64,000 nt of DNA from Antedon mediterranea (Eukaryota > Animalia > Echinodermata): positions 19,778,001 to 19,842,000 of the forward strand of contig NC_092674.1 of NCBI RefSeq assembly GCF_964355755.1, given 5' to 3'. Made by a program: the position numbers and the translations under genes. Shown here in pieces: positions 47,401 to 59,240 of this stretch; position 1 is the stretch's first letter; every line of letters starts with the position of its first letter. A model generated the notes under the pieces. It saw nothing but the letters and a program-made list of their open reading frames with translations. It did no database searches and was not told where the DNA came from.

Positions 47401-50400
47401 CTTCTTTTTTTTTCTACGTCCTGCGTGTAGTAGCGTGCATGTTTATATTATTGTTACGGTTTAACAAAGGCAGTGCATACAAATAAAAATACAATAATAG
47501 ACCCACGGAGACTGCATAAATAGACATTGTTTCAACATCCTGCCTCACTTTTGTCTGGTTATTGACTATTGTTGACCTGGGCTGAGGCTGGGTGTAACCG
47601 TAAATCAATTTGGCCAAAAATATGGTGAAATTTGAAAATGCGGTAAAAAAATCAAAATGCGGTAGAAAACGTCGAGATAGCGGTAGCGCGGTAGATGGGT
47701 ACTAAAAGCGGTAGACTACCGCGAGTAGCGGTAGACTTGGGACCCCTGTGTTCCATGGTAGGTTTATTCCAAATCATGTTCCATGGGGGGTTTATTCCAA
47801 ATCATGTTCCATGGGGGGTTTATTCCAAATCATGTTCCATGGTGGGTTTATTCCAAATCATGTTCCATGGGGGGTTTATTCCAAATCATGTTCCATGGTG
47901 GGTTTATTCCAAATCATGTTCCATGGTGGGTTTATTCCAAATCATGTTCCATGGGGGGTTTATTCCAAATCATGTTCCATGGTGGGTTTATTCTAAATCA
48001 TGTTCCATGGGGGGTTTATTCCAAATCATGTTCCATGGTGGGTTTATTCCAAATCATGTTCCATGGTGGGTTTATTCCAAATCATGTTCCATGGTGGGTT
48101 TATTCCAAATGATGTTCCATGGGGGGTTTATTCCAAATGATGTTCCATGGGGTTTTAATCCAAATCATGTTCCATGGTGGGTTTATTCCAAATCATGTTC
48201 CATGGGGGGTTTATTCCAAATCATGTTCCATGGTGGGTTTATTCCAAATCATGTTCCATGGTGGGTTTATTCCAAATCATGTTCCATGGGGGGTTTATTC
48301 CAAATCATGTTCCATGGTGGGTTTATTCCAAATCATGTTCCATGGTGGGTTTATTCCAAATCATGTTCCATGGTGGGTTTATTCCAAATGATGTTCCATG
48401 GGGGGTTTATTCCAAATGATGTTCCATGGGGTTTTAATCCAAATCATGTTCCATGGTGGGTTTATTCCAAATCATGTTCCATGGGGGGTTTATTCCAAAT
48501 CATGTTCCATGGTGGGTTTATTCCAAATCATGTTCCATGGTGGGTTTATTCCAAATCATGTTCCATGGTGGGTTTATTCCAAATCATGTTCCATGGTGGG
48601 TTTATTCCAAATCATGTTCCATGGGGGGTTTATTCTAAATCATGTTCCATGGTGGGTTTATTCCAAATCATGTTCCATGGTGGGTTTATTCCAAATCATG
48701 TTCCATGGGGGGTTTATTCTAAATCATGTTCCATGGTGGGTTTATTCCAAATCATGTTCCATGGTGGGTTTATTCCAAATCATGTTCCAATGGGGGTTTA
48801 TTCCAAATCATGTTCCATGGGGGGTTTATTCCAAATCATGTTCCATGGGGGGTTTAATCCAAATCATGTTCCATGGTGGGTTTATTCCAAATCATGTTCC
48901 ATAGGGGGTTTATTCCAAATCATGTTCCATGGGGGGTTTATTCTAAATCATATTCCATGGTGGGTTTATTCCAAATCATGTGTTCCATGGTGGGTTTATT
49001 GCAAATCATGTTCCATAGGGGGTGTATTCCAAATCATGTTCCATGGGGTGTTTATTTCAAATCATATTCCACGGTGGGTTTATTCCAAATCATGTTCCAT
49101 GGGGGTTTATTCCAAATCATGTTTCATGGTGGGTTTATTCCAAATCATGTTCCATGGTGGGTTTATTCCAAATCATATTCCACGGTGGGTTTATTCCAAA
49201 TCATATTCCACGGTGGGTTTATTCCAAATCATATTCCACGGTGGGTTTATTCCAAATCATGTTCCATGGGGGGTTTATTCCAAATCATGTTCCATGGTGG
49301 GTTTATTGCAAATCATGTTCCATAGGGGGTTTATTCCAAATCATGTTCCATGGGGTGTTTATTCCAAATCATATTCCACGGTGGGTTTATTCCAAATCAT
49401 GTTCCATGGGGGGTTTATTCCAAATCATGTTTCATGGTGGGTTTATTCCAAATCATATTCCACGGTGGGTTTATTCCAAATCATGTTCCATGGGGGGTTT
49501 ATTCCAAATCATGTTCCATGGGGGGTTTATTCTAAATCTTATTCCACGGTGGGTTTATTCCAAATCATGTTCCATGGGGGGTTTATTCCAAATCATGTTC
49601 CATGGGGGGTTTATTCTAAATCATATTCCACGGTGGGTTTATTCCAAATCATATTCCACGGTGGGTTTATTCCAAATCATGTTCCATGGGGGGTTTATTC
49701 CAAATCATGTTCCATGGTGGGTTTATTCCAAATCATGTTCCATGGAGGGTTTATTCTAAATCATATTCCACGGTGGGTTTATTCCAAATCATGTTCCATG
49801 GTGGGTTTATTCCAAATCATGTTCCATGGGGGGTTTATTCCAAATCATGTTCCATGGAGGGCTTATTCCAAATCATATTCCACGGGGGTTTTTTTCCAAA
49901 TCATGTTCCATGGTGGGTTTATTCCAAATCATATTTCATGGGGGGTTTATTCCAAATCATATTCTACGGTGGGTTTATTCAAAATCATGTTCCATGGGGG
50001 GTTTATTTCAAATCATATTCCATGGGGGGTTTATTCTAAATCATATTCCACGGTGGGTTTATTCCAAATCATGTTCCATTGTGGGTTTATTCCAAATCCT
50101 GTTCCATGGTGGGTTTATTCCAAATCATGTTCCATGGTGGGTTTATTTCAAATCATGTTCCATGGTGGGTTTATTCCAAATCATGTTCCATGGTGGGTTT
50201 ATTCCAAATCAAGTTCCACGGGGGGTTTATTCCAAATCATGTTCCATTCTGGGTCTATTCCAAATTATATTCCACGGTGGGTTTATTCCAAATCATATTC
50301 CACGGTGGGTTTATTCCTAATCATATTCCATGGTGGGTTTATTCCAAATCATGTTCCATGGTGGGTTTATTCCAAATCATGTTCCATGGTGGGTTTATTC

Positions 50401-53400
50401 AAAATAATATTCCATGTGGGCGGGGGGGGGGGGGGGGTTATTCTAAATCATGTTCCATGGTGGGTTTATTCCAAATCATGTTCCATGGTGGGTTTATTCC
50501 AAATCATGTTCCATGGTGGGTTTATTCCAAATCATATTCCATGGTGGGTTTATTCCAAATCATGTTCCATGGTGGGTTTATTCCAAATCATGTTCCATGG
50601 TGGGTTTATTCAAAATAATATTCCATGTGGGCGGGGGGGGGGGGTTATTCTAAATCATGTTCCATGGTGGGTTTATTCCAAATCATGTTCCATGGGGGGT
50701 TTATTCCAAATCATATTCCATGGTGGGTTTATTCCAAATCATGTTCCATGGTGGGTTTATTCCAAAACATGTTCCATGGTGGGTTTATTCCAAATCATAT
50801 TCCACAGGGGCTTTATTCCAAATCATGTTCCATGGTGGGTTTATTCCAAATCATGTTCTATGAGGGGTTTATTCCAAATCATGTTCCATGGTGGGTTTAT
50901 TCTAAATCATATTCAACGGCGGTGGGTTTATTCCAAATCATGTTCCATGGGGGGTTTATTCCAAATCGTATTCCACGGTGGGTTTATTCCAAATCATTTT
51001 CCATGGGGGATTTATTCCCAATCATATTCCACGGGGAGTTTATTCCTAATCATGTTCCATGGGGGGGTTTATTCAAAATCATGTTCCATGTGGGGTTTAT
51101 TCCAAATCATATTCCACGGTGGGTTTATTCGAAATCATTTTCCATGGGGGTTTATTCCAAATCATATTCCACGGTGGGTTAATTCCAAATCATGTTCCTT
51201 GGTGGGTTTATTCCTAATCATGTTCCATGGGGGGTTTATTCCAAATCGTATTCCATGGGGATTTATTCTAAATCATATTCCACGGTGGGCTTATTTCAAA
51301 TCATGTTCCATGGTGGGTTTAGTCCAAATCATGTTCCATGGTGGGTTTATTCCAAATCATGTTCCACGGGGGGTTTATTCCAAATCATGTTCCACGGTGG
51401 GTTTATTCCAAATCATGTTCCACGGTGTGTTTATTCCAAATCATATTCCATGAGGGGTTTATTCCAAATCATGTTCCATGGGGGTTTATTCCAAATCATA
51501 TTCCACGGTGTGTATATTCTAAATCATGTTCCATGGTGGGTTTATTCCAAATCATATTCCATGGTGGGTTTATTCCAAATCATGGGTGGATTGCTATAAA
51601 ACAGTCTTAACTGATGGTCTTAACTCCCCGATTAAAGCCGGCTTTATCAGATAGACGGTCTTATTAAAGCCACTCCTGATAGACCATTGCTATAAAACAG
51701 TCTTAAATAAGACCACGTAAAGTAACAAATTGAGGGCGTACTTTGCGCGTAGAATACCAAATAAGGTAATGTTCGTCACGCTTGTTCAATTCACAAATCA
51801 TAACAGTACGTACATTTATACACGAGAAAATCTATTCTAGGCCTATATAAGAATAAAATCACCGTTATTATTTTATTTTACACTTAAAACTCGTTCAATT
51901 GGTTATCTTTGACGATAAATAATACGTAAAAGTAACAAAAAGAGAGGTTTAAGACTGTTTTAAGACTCCTTCGAGTAGGCTTTAATTTTAAAGACCGTTT
52001 ACAGGTTAGACCGCGGTATAGCAATGGTCTATAATATAAGACTACTTGCTACGTCACGAATTATAGCCGGCTAAGCGCTAAGACCGGTTATAGACCGCTT
52101 ATAGCAATCCGCCCCATATTCCATGGGGGTTTATTCCAAATCATATTCCATGGGGATTTATTCCTAATCATGTTCCATGGGGGGTTTATTCCAAATCATG
52201 TTCCATGGGGGGTTTATTCCAAATCATGTTCCATGGGGGGTTTATTCCAAATCATGTTCCATGGGGGTTTATTCCAAATCATGTTCCATGAGGGGTTTAT
52301 TCCAAATCATGTTCCATTGTGGGTCTATTCAAAATCATATTCCACGGTGGGTTTATTCCAATTCATATTCCACGGTGGGTTTATTCCAAATCATATTCCA
52401 CGGTGGGTTTATTCCAAATCATATTCCACGGTGGGTTTATTCCAAATCATATTCCACGGTGGGTTTATTCCTAATCATGTTCCATGGTGGGTTTATTCCA
52501 AATCATGTTCTATGGTGGGTTTATTCCAAATCATGTTCCACGGGGGGTTTATTCCAAATCATGTTCCACGGTGGGTTTATTCCAAATCATGTTCCATGGT
52601 GGGTTTATTCCAAATCATGTTCCAATGGGGGTTTATTCAAAATCATATTCCACGGTGGGTTTATTCCAAATCATATTCCACGGTGGGTTTATTCCAAATC
52701 ATGTTCCATGGGGGGTTTATTCCAAATCATGTTCCATGGGGGGTTTATTCTAAATCATATTCCACGGTGGGTTTATTCCAAATCATATTCCACGGTGGGT
52801 TTATTCCAAATCATGTTCCATGGGGGGTTTATTCCAAATCATGTTCCATGGTGGGTTTATTGCAAATCATGTTCCATAGGGGGTTTATTCCAAATCATGT
52901 TCCATGGTGGGTTTATTGCAAATCATATTCCACGGTGGGTTTATTCCAAATCATGTTCCATGGGGGGTTTATTCCAAATCATGTTCCTTGGTGGGTTTAT
53001 TCCAAATCATATTCCATGGTGGGTTTATTCCAAATCATGTTCCATGGTGGGTTTATTCCAAATCATGTTCCATGGTGGGTTTATTCCAAATCATGTTCCA
53101 CGGGGGGTTTATTCCAAATCATGTTCCACGGTGGGTTTATTCCAAATCATGTTCCACGGTGGGTTTATTCCAAATCATGTTCCATGAGGGGTTTATTCCA
53201 AATCATGTTCCATGGGGGTTTATTCTAAATCATATTCCACGGTGGGTTTATTCTAAATCATGTTTCATGGTGGGTTTATTCCAAATCATATTCCATGGTG
53301 GGTTTATTCCAAATCATGTTCCATGGTGGGTTTATTCCAAATCATATTCCATGGGGGTTTATTCCAAATCATATTCCATGGGGGATTTATTCCTAATCAT

Positions 53401-56400
53401 GTTCCATGGGGGGTTTATTCCAAATCATGTTCCATGGGGGATTTATTCCTAATCATGTTCCATGGGGGGTTTATTCCAAATCATGTTCCATGGGGGGTTT
53501 ATTCCTAATCATGTTCCATGGGGTGTTTATTCCAAATCATGTTCCGTGGGGGTTTATTCCAAATCATGTTCCATGAGGGGTTTATTCCAAATCATGTTCC
53601 ATTGTGGGTTTATTCCAAATCATGTTCCATGGTGGGTTTATTCCAAATCATGTTCCACGGTGGGTTTATTTCAAACAGTAACAATAAAGACAAAATATAA
53701 AAAAAGAGATTTGGAAAAATTAGAAACAATAACTTTAATTGGTACTATTGTATTATAAAAAAAATTACTATGAAACAAGTTACCGGTACTAACTTGTTAT
53801 GATTTATTTATTGGTTACCATGTACATAGTATATGCCTATACATTGTCAATTGTGGTAATACAATAACAAATACAAAATTCACAAAGGATAATAGTTATT
53901 TCTGTGTAAAATATTTTAAATTAACAAATTACGAATAAAATGTATATTGGCCTATTGTCTTTGTATTAACAGTTATTTTGCTTTTTAATCTGTAATTCTT
54001 TTGTAAGTATAGGCCTAGTATAATAGAAGAATATTAATTGAATGTTGTCATCATTTTAGTCACAAAAGCAGTAGGCATATAGCGATTACGAATTTGTGCA
54101 GAAACCTTTCTTTGATGACATTTTAATGCTTTCTACAGATGTTTGATTGGAATCTTGAAACCCAACAATTAATTCTTGGTTCCTTATATTACGGATGTAC
54201 AATTACACCCGTCATTGGTGGATGGTTAGTTGGAAGATTTGGTGGCTCAGCTATTATATTAATGGGAAATTTGTTGATGTCTTTGATGATGCTATTGACG
54301 CCAGTTGCTGCAGAAGTAGGAGTTTGGTTATTAGTAATAACTAGAATCATTGATGGAATGGGACACTGTGTATATATATTCATATTTTAATGTAACCTAT
54401 GACTGTCGCATTTGCCATCGGAGACACTTCACTTTGTAATTGTTAAAATATCTAGACCTGAATCTAGGCAAATCACAGTTAAAAATATCAAAGCATGCAA
54501 AACGTTTCACCTGATTTTGTATATTATATTAGGTATTATTTATATATATATATATATTACCATGAAATTATTCTTAATATTAGGGATTAGTTTATCCTGC
54601 TGTGTTTAACCTCGTTACAAACTGGTCAAAGATTAGTGAACGTAGTACTTTTATATCAATTTCCGCATCAGGTAAGTGATATAGCAATTATTTTTTAAGC
54701 ATAAATAATTATTTAGATGATGTAATAGTAGCAATGAATTTAGTTTATTATAGGCCTAAAATAATAAATTGAATAACTAATGTCGGAGCAAAAGTAATAA
54801 ATGTTTATATTTTATCTTTAAAATTATACTTTAAGGATTTGGGTTTGGTCCAGTAATTGCTAGTTACTTATCTGCCTCACTCTGTTCAACTGATTTCTTG
54901 GGAGGATGGCCATCCACATTTTATTTATTTGGTAAGTAAAACCACTTTGGGTCTTTGAATCGGACTACATTTACCCTCAAATTATTACATCTTATGGTCT
55001 TAATTTGAACGTTGAAACTATATCTAAAAGACACAGGTAGACCTGTAATTTAATTTTTTTTTTTCGTAATATGCCACGGTTTCCTCATAAATAAATGTTA
55101 TAGCCTTTTTGTTTGGCGATCTTCGCATGCTTTTTATTCATATTAGTTAGACCTGTATTACGCGACTGCAGTAATTCTATATGTATGTACATTTGGCAAT
55201 AAATTGTAATTTTCTTGGAGAAAAAAGTAGAACGAAATTGTTAGGTTCTCAATGATCTATGTAGATGTCTAAGGCAAATACTGAAAATGACAATGCTTGT
55301 GAGTATCATTGCCTTTCAGTGCCTGGATAAGGTGCAACTATATTTTATTTGCACGTTCTCTTCATCATATAAATTTTAATTAAATAAAATGTTATACTGT
55401 AGGTGTACTTGGTCTAGTATGGTGTATTGGTTGGTGCATTGTGGGATCGAATCAAGTAACCAGTAACAGATGGATATCAACAATTGAAAAAGATTCTATT
55501 TTATGTTCTCAAACGGATGAATTCAAAAGTACAAATGTAAGGAAACCAATGATTGAATATAATAGATAGTTCATTTAGTGGCTTCAACCAAAAATAAAAC
55601 GATATGATTATATGTGTCTTTTATCATATAAAAAACATACATTAAGTCAGCGGCCCATTTTGTGAAAAAAGGGCCTTTTTAGATTGCCATCCAAGAAAAT
55701 TTCGAATGGTTCAGTTAAAGTGTATTTTTCTCCAAAAACATGAAAAATGAAGATTATTAAAAATAACTTTGAATAGGCCATTTCGCAGTTTCCGTAGAAA
55801 ACAAATACGATTTCACTTATAAAAGGACAAAATAAACTATTAAACTCAACCAAAACCCCATCTTAAAGTAAATTTGACTATTTTTTGCTTTAAATTACAG
55901 TTTTTCGATCCGATTTTAGGTTAAGGCAAAGAGACATTAAAATGTTTCAACAAAACAGGTTTTGAAGAATAGTGTAATAATACTAATCTAGTGTCACGTA
56001 CATACTTTATTGATATAACGATTACTTTAAATCCATTATCTGTACTTTAGGTACGCCAATACAAAGTTCCATGGAAACAGATCGGCAAGTCACCGGTTGT
56101 TTGGACACTGTGCGTTTGCAACATTTCCTTCAATTTCGGATTTTTTCTTTTATTAACAAATGTTCCAATATTTTTCGAAACGATTTTGAGATTTGAGTTG
56201 AAATTGGTGAGTATAATTAATATAACTAGTAGTTGCCTACTAGATTATATACTTCATTCTACACACAAGCACAGATGTATAGAAGTTTTTCATATTTTTG
56301 GAAAAAATAAAGATGGTTAAAAATTATTTTAAATACCTAAGACCCGAAGAGACATGTTTTAGGAAATCAGTTATTCAAAAGGACTATGCTTTTCATGAAG

Positions 56401-57973
56401 CGTTCGGTTTTACAACGATAACTTTCAATTTTAAGTTGATGTCTCAGGAACATAAAGTCCTAGACCGAGTGGTAGGGGACCGATTTTATTATATACGACT
56501 TAACTTAGTCAGAAAACATAGAGGAATTACATCAAACTGTTTCTTCTTAATTCCACAGACTGGTTTACTAAGCACATTGCCTCATTTTGTATTCTTTATT
56601 GTTATGTTATTCGGAGGAGTTCTTGCTGATGCCTTGATATTTCATAAAATATTGTCTGCTATATTCACACGGAAGCTATTGGCGTTTTGCGGTATGTAAT
56701 AATATTTTTAATAAGTTAAGTTAACTTTTTTTATAATATCTTATCCCAGCTGGATAGAACGAGTACTTGTAACGGTCAGTCTGCGCGTTCACCGTCCTCA
56801 TCCTACCACTTCTAACCATAACGGAGCCGATAATGTCGTTATGAAGAGGAGGATTGGTGTCTTCCAATATAGTATGGAACACTCATCTATAAAGCCAAAT
56901 AAAAAAACCGAACATGCTCGACACAAAAACAGTGGCAAGTCATGCTATACTTTAATTTCCCAATAACAGTCTCGGATTACAAATAAAGTAGAAATAATTT
57001 ATTTATATTTTATATTTTTATCCGTGACAAACGTGACAACGTGTTCCTCCACTGGCGCCACACATGCTGGTTAATAATAATAGAGATTTGTGTTCATCCA
57101 GTGTTTAATGTTTGGGCAACATCAATCTATTTATTTAGGCCTACTATATAAAAGTATATTATATTGTATATTTATAACGTTTCATCGTTTATCATTTTAT
57201 TCTTTTTCATCTAGCTCTTGGGATTTCACCAATTTTCCTAGTGTCCATTGGTTACGTTGCTAACAAAGAACTCGCAGTGATCTTAATGATTGTTGTGTTT
57301 GGTATGACCGCTCTTTATATTCCGTCAGTAGAAACGAATGTACTGGATATTTCACCTAACCATTCCGGGTTGATAATTGGACTTATGTCGTCAACATCAC
57401 ATGTCTGTGGATTCATCGCCCCAGCAATTGTAGGCATTTTAACTAGAAGTGGTGTAAGTATAGGCTTATTGATAAATTGATAATTTTTGCAAATGATGAT
57501 GGATGAGGAGTGGCGAAGATGCTTCAACGGATTTATTCAGTTGATTTAATTACTAGAGAAATATAGCTGTTATATAAATTTCATTTTATCTGATATCTTA
57601 TATAATCTATATCTTATAAATAAAATATAATTTAATTACCTTATTGTTTTAATTTGGAAGTTTGTGAAGAATTCATTGCAAAAAACAGTGTCTCCAAGAG
57701 TAAGAGTAAATAAAATACATTTACTGTAGTAACTGCAAAGAATGTTTTGACATGATTCTTTATGTGTCCATTCCTGTATTTTAGAATACAATCTATCAGT
57801 GGAGGAAAATCTTTTGGATTGCAGCCAGTTTACAAGTGATTGGATTAGTGTTTTTTATGATCTTTGGCACTAGTGAGGTACAAGAATGGACCGGAGATGA
57901 CAATTTGGACACTGAACTCAATGATGAGGGAAAGAAAAATGAATATAGACTACTGAGTCACAATAGCAAATAA
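35363..57973 (+). CDS. SLC17A5: SLC17-family (sialin-like) paralog B; exons open but exon-3 donor lost; possible pseudogene or composite gene
   Basis: Exons 35363-35408, 35681-35841, 54139-about 54369, 54584-54671, 54836-54931, 55403-55536, 56051-56206, 56559-56691, 57215-57453, 57785-57973. Near-identical to paralog A and without internal stops; exons 4-9 have the same lengths as in A. About 490 aa if the cryptic donor at 54370 is used. Confidence 0.72.
35681..35841 (+). CDS. SLC17 paralog B exon 2
   Basis: gttag| to |GTGGGT; NYATRMNFSVALLAMV; 18 nt shorter than in A, in frame. Confidence 0.82.
36442..36508 (+). ncRNA. Degenerate minimal hammerhead ribozyme motif (Penelope-like pLTR remnant)
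   Basis: CCGATGA (CTGANGA with one change), GGG/CCC stem II, GAAA, short stem III, GTA; flanking AATCAGAAA pairs with TTTCTGATT. Confidence 0.4.
37794..37867 (+). pseudogene. tRNA-like sequence (Thr-TGT-like pseudogene or SINE head)
   Basis: A box TGGTCTAGTGG, B box GGTTCGAATC, anticodon arm CTCGC-CCTGTAA-GTGAG, acceptor GGCTCTG/TAGAGCT. C instead of U33, a T-stem mismatch and 2 extra nt argue against a functional tRNA. Confidence 0.6.
38768..41620 (-). pseudogene. CR1 ORF2 (AP endonuclease plus reverse transcriptase), frameshifted near 40860-40907
   Basis: YTNCD..NK, VYRSP, GDFNF, LDLVL, SDH in 40907-41620; the 692-aa ORF 38768-40846 carries KSPGPDG, NYRPVSLTS, DFQKAFDSV, GIPQGS, LFADD, TRGH. 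Confidence 0.9.
41712..42572 (-). CDS. CR1 ORF1 protein (PHD finger, coiled coil, RRM-like region), 286 aa
   Basis: CGSC...CNLCNLWFHKGC...WYCRSC PHD pattern; KRKANIIVY, RLGK...RPIKLVF. Confidence 0.88.
   Translation of the reverse strand: MPPKKKSVPKEGKVCGECGSCSQNVIEEGLLCNLCNLWFHKGCQNVSNSLYQLINAHGNNDSVHWYCRSCNTTAKDIMKNLSSIATTQTKLAKHIEANTEKIDKILSNQTEMYLKTEERLEKKLINSMEEKFSEHEDREKRKANIIVYEIEESDKTESNLRKKDDWENVVQFLHGLDIQHVDSKIRTFFRLGKREPNKRRPIKLVFYDIRDKELILKNAWDKKIKGVSRDRSKLDRDRFNTLKVEKERREQTGETNLMIRNYEIVKVPFRTSPNHNPQVKQYQAQH
43058..43672. mobile_element. hAT-like MITE
   Basis: CAGGGCGGAT...ATCCGCTCCTG termini flanked by the direct repeat ATTTAAG(C) at 43051 and 43673. Confidence 0.65.
43741..44678. 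mobile_element. Foldback-like element with inverted arms of about 155 bp
   Basis: 43741-43895 is the near-perfect reverse complement of 44523-44678; both outer ends are the palindrome GCCCCGGGGC. Confidence 0.75.
45324..45908. repeat. 56-bp minisatellite, about 10.5 units
   Basis: Unit CTACATGGTCATAAACTTTATGACTACAGTATATGGTTGAGCTATTGTTATATAAA. Confidence 0.95.
46199..47748. mobile_element. hAT-like non-autonomous element inserted in the satellite
   Basis: TIR CAGAGGTCCCAA / TTGGGACCCCTG; TGTTCC duplicated on both sides; subterminal 22-bp repeats on the left and GCGGTAG repeats on the right. Confidence 0.8.
51584..52114. mobile_element. PIF/Harbinger-type MITE inserted in the satellite
   Basis: CAT|GGGTGGATTGCTATAA...TTATAGCAATCCGCCC|CAT: 16-bp TIR with one mismatch and a 3-bp TSD. 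Confidence 0.85.
54139..54369 (+). CDS. SLC17 paralog B exon 3 (3' boundary uncertain)
   Basis: ctacag|ATG; MFDWNLETQQLILGS...GMG. The canonical donor is absent. Confidence 0.75.
54584..54671 (+). CDS. SLC17 paralog B exon 4
   Basis: 88 nt, AG/GT boundaries, homolog of 10485-10572. Confidence 0.85.
54836..54931 (+). CDS. SLC17 paralog B exon 5
   Basis: 96 nt, AG/GT boundaries, GGWPSTFYLF. Confidence 0.85.
55403..55536 (+). CDS. SLC17 paralog B exon 6
   Basis: 134 nt, AG/GT boundaries, homolog of 11356-11489. Confidence 0.85.
56051..56206 (+). CDS. SLC17 paralog B exon 7
   Basis: 156 nt, AG/GT boundaries, VPWKQ. Confidence 0.85.
56559..56691 (+). CDS. SLC17 paralog B exon 8
   Basis: 133 nt, AG/GT boundaries, TGLLSTLPH. 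Confidence 0.85.
57215..57453 (+). CDS. SLC17 paralog B exon 9
   Basis: 239 nt, AG/GT boundaries, LDISPNHSG. Confidence 0.85.
57785..57973 (+). CDS. SLC17 paralog B exon 10 (last coding exon)
   Basis: 189 nt, ends NEYRLLSHNSK then TAA. Confidence 0.85.
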   Translation, partial: NTIYQWRKIFWIAASLQVIGLVFFMIFGTSEVQEWTGDDNLDTELNDEGKKNEYRLLSHNSK

Positions 57974-58346
57974 GGAATTGAACCTACCTAATTTATATTT
58001 AATGCATTGTAGCAGTATGTGATTTATTTGATTCAAAACGAATGACACACAAAAGATGGAACCGTATTAACGAAATAATAAGCAAACCAAAGTTGACCAA
58101 TGAACAATACACATGTGGACAATACCCACGTTCTGAGTTATTATTTTGTTTTAAAAGTTCATAGTGCACTACGGTTTTTCAAGATTGTATTATTGTAATT
58201 CTTGAACGGTGATTGGCTAATAGTTAGGCCATCTACGTCACAGCCAATCACAGCTAAAACACTTTTAAAAATGTAAAAGTAGCAAAAGTAATAAAGGTTT
58301 GAATAACAAAGAACTAATCCTTTCCATTGTTGCTTTCCTCTCTCTC

Positions 58347-58459
58347 TTTTTAGTCGCGTGCAACGCGACTCTACGGCTCACTATGTCGGTCGGTTGGTTG
58401 GTCGGTAAATACTAACTCAAATTTGAGCACGCGACTGCAGCCATGTATATGACCCTGTT
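58347..58459 (+). mobile_element. Short HINE-like element, family 1
   Basis: Near-identical to 774-879. Confidence 0.7.
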
Positions 58460-59055
58460 CTATGCCCGTTTTGTGAAGCTTTTAAAATCGATCAAATGCA
58501 ACTTCAACATTTGTAGGAAGATCAGTAGAGTAGAGTGGTGAACCAAGAACATACATTGCTTTTTTAGTTTATAATTGCTCCATTAATAAATTGGTTCAAA
58601 GCAGCAGTTGCTTTCGGTAGACTTTTCTCAAGCATTGAAAATTTCTCCAGTCTAATATTCTGGTGGAGAGCAGGACATGAGAAAAAAGAAATGCCTATAA
58701 TATCTTCAGTGAATTTAGAGTTACATGGTACATTAGACCGTCATTTTTCTTTTCTTCTGACCAACTTGGTCTGTTTAATTGGTAACGTATTGGACTTCAC
58801 ATTTCAGAAAAAGCCTGTGCGTCGTAAAGTTAAAAATTTAAAATGAAAATCATTCTGTGTCAATCGTTACAAAGTTGAAGCAGAGCATTAAGCAAGATCT
58901 CGGCCGAGGATGGGATTCCATACTATGTACAATGTTCTGTGATCTTATTGAATATTTTGCTACTATTATTAGGTTCTTCTGTAGGCCACTTTTTTTTTTG
59001 TTATAAAACACACTTCTCGTAGGCGTGTAGAATATGCGTGTTGTATAAACGCGCC

Positions 59056-59240
59056 CAAGGTCATATACATGGCTGCAGTCGCGTGCTCAAGTTAGTGTTT
59101 ACCGACCAAAACCGACCGACCGACCAACCAACCAACCAAGCGCCTTGAGCACTTTGTGGATATGTGCGCTTTAAAAATCTTATTATCTTATCATATCTTA
59201 CCTACCGACCAATTGACCGACACAGTGAGCTGTAGAGTCA
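59056..59240 (-). mobile_element. Short HINE-like element (family 1) interrupted by an L2/SINE-type 3' tail
   Basis: Reverse complement of the 774-879 family; insert AGCGCCTTGAG...GCGCTTTAAAAAT plus a (TTATC)-like tail at about 59139-59200. A partial copy lies at 59670-59750. Confidence 0.6.

Larger units (their letters stand above)
46122..53675 (+). repeat. 28-bp satellite (TTCCATGGTGGGTTTATTCCAAATCATG)n, about 5.5 kb, split by two DNA-transposon insertions
   Basis: Blocks 46122-46198, 47749-51583 and 52115-53675. Confidence 0.97.

Noticed and set aside
46122-53675. CRISPR-like array (28-bp repeats)
   Set aside because: Head-to-tail repeats without unique spacers, no cas genes, eukaryotic context.
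47748-53758. About 30 overlapping ORFs encoding (MFHGGFIPNHVPWWVYSKSCSMVGLFQI)n
   Set aside because: They are a consequence of a stop-free 28-bp satellite and are not annotated as genes; only the frame bias of the longest ORF is kept as a finding.
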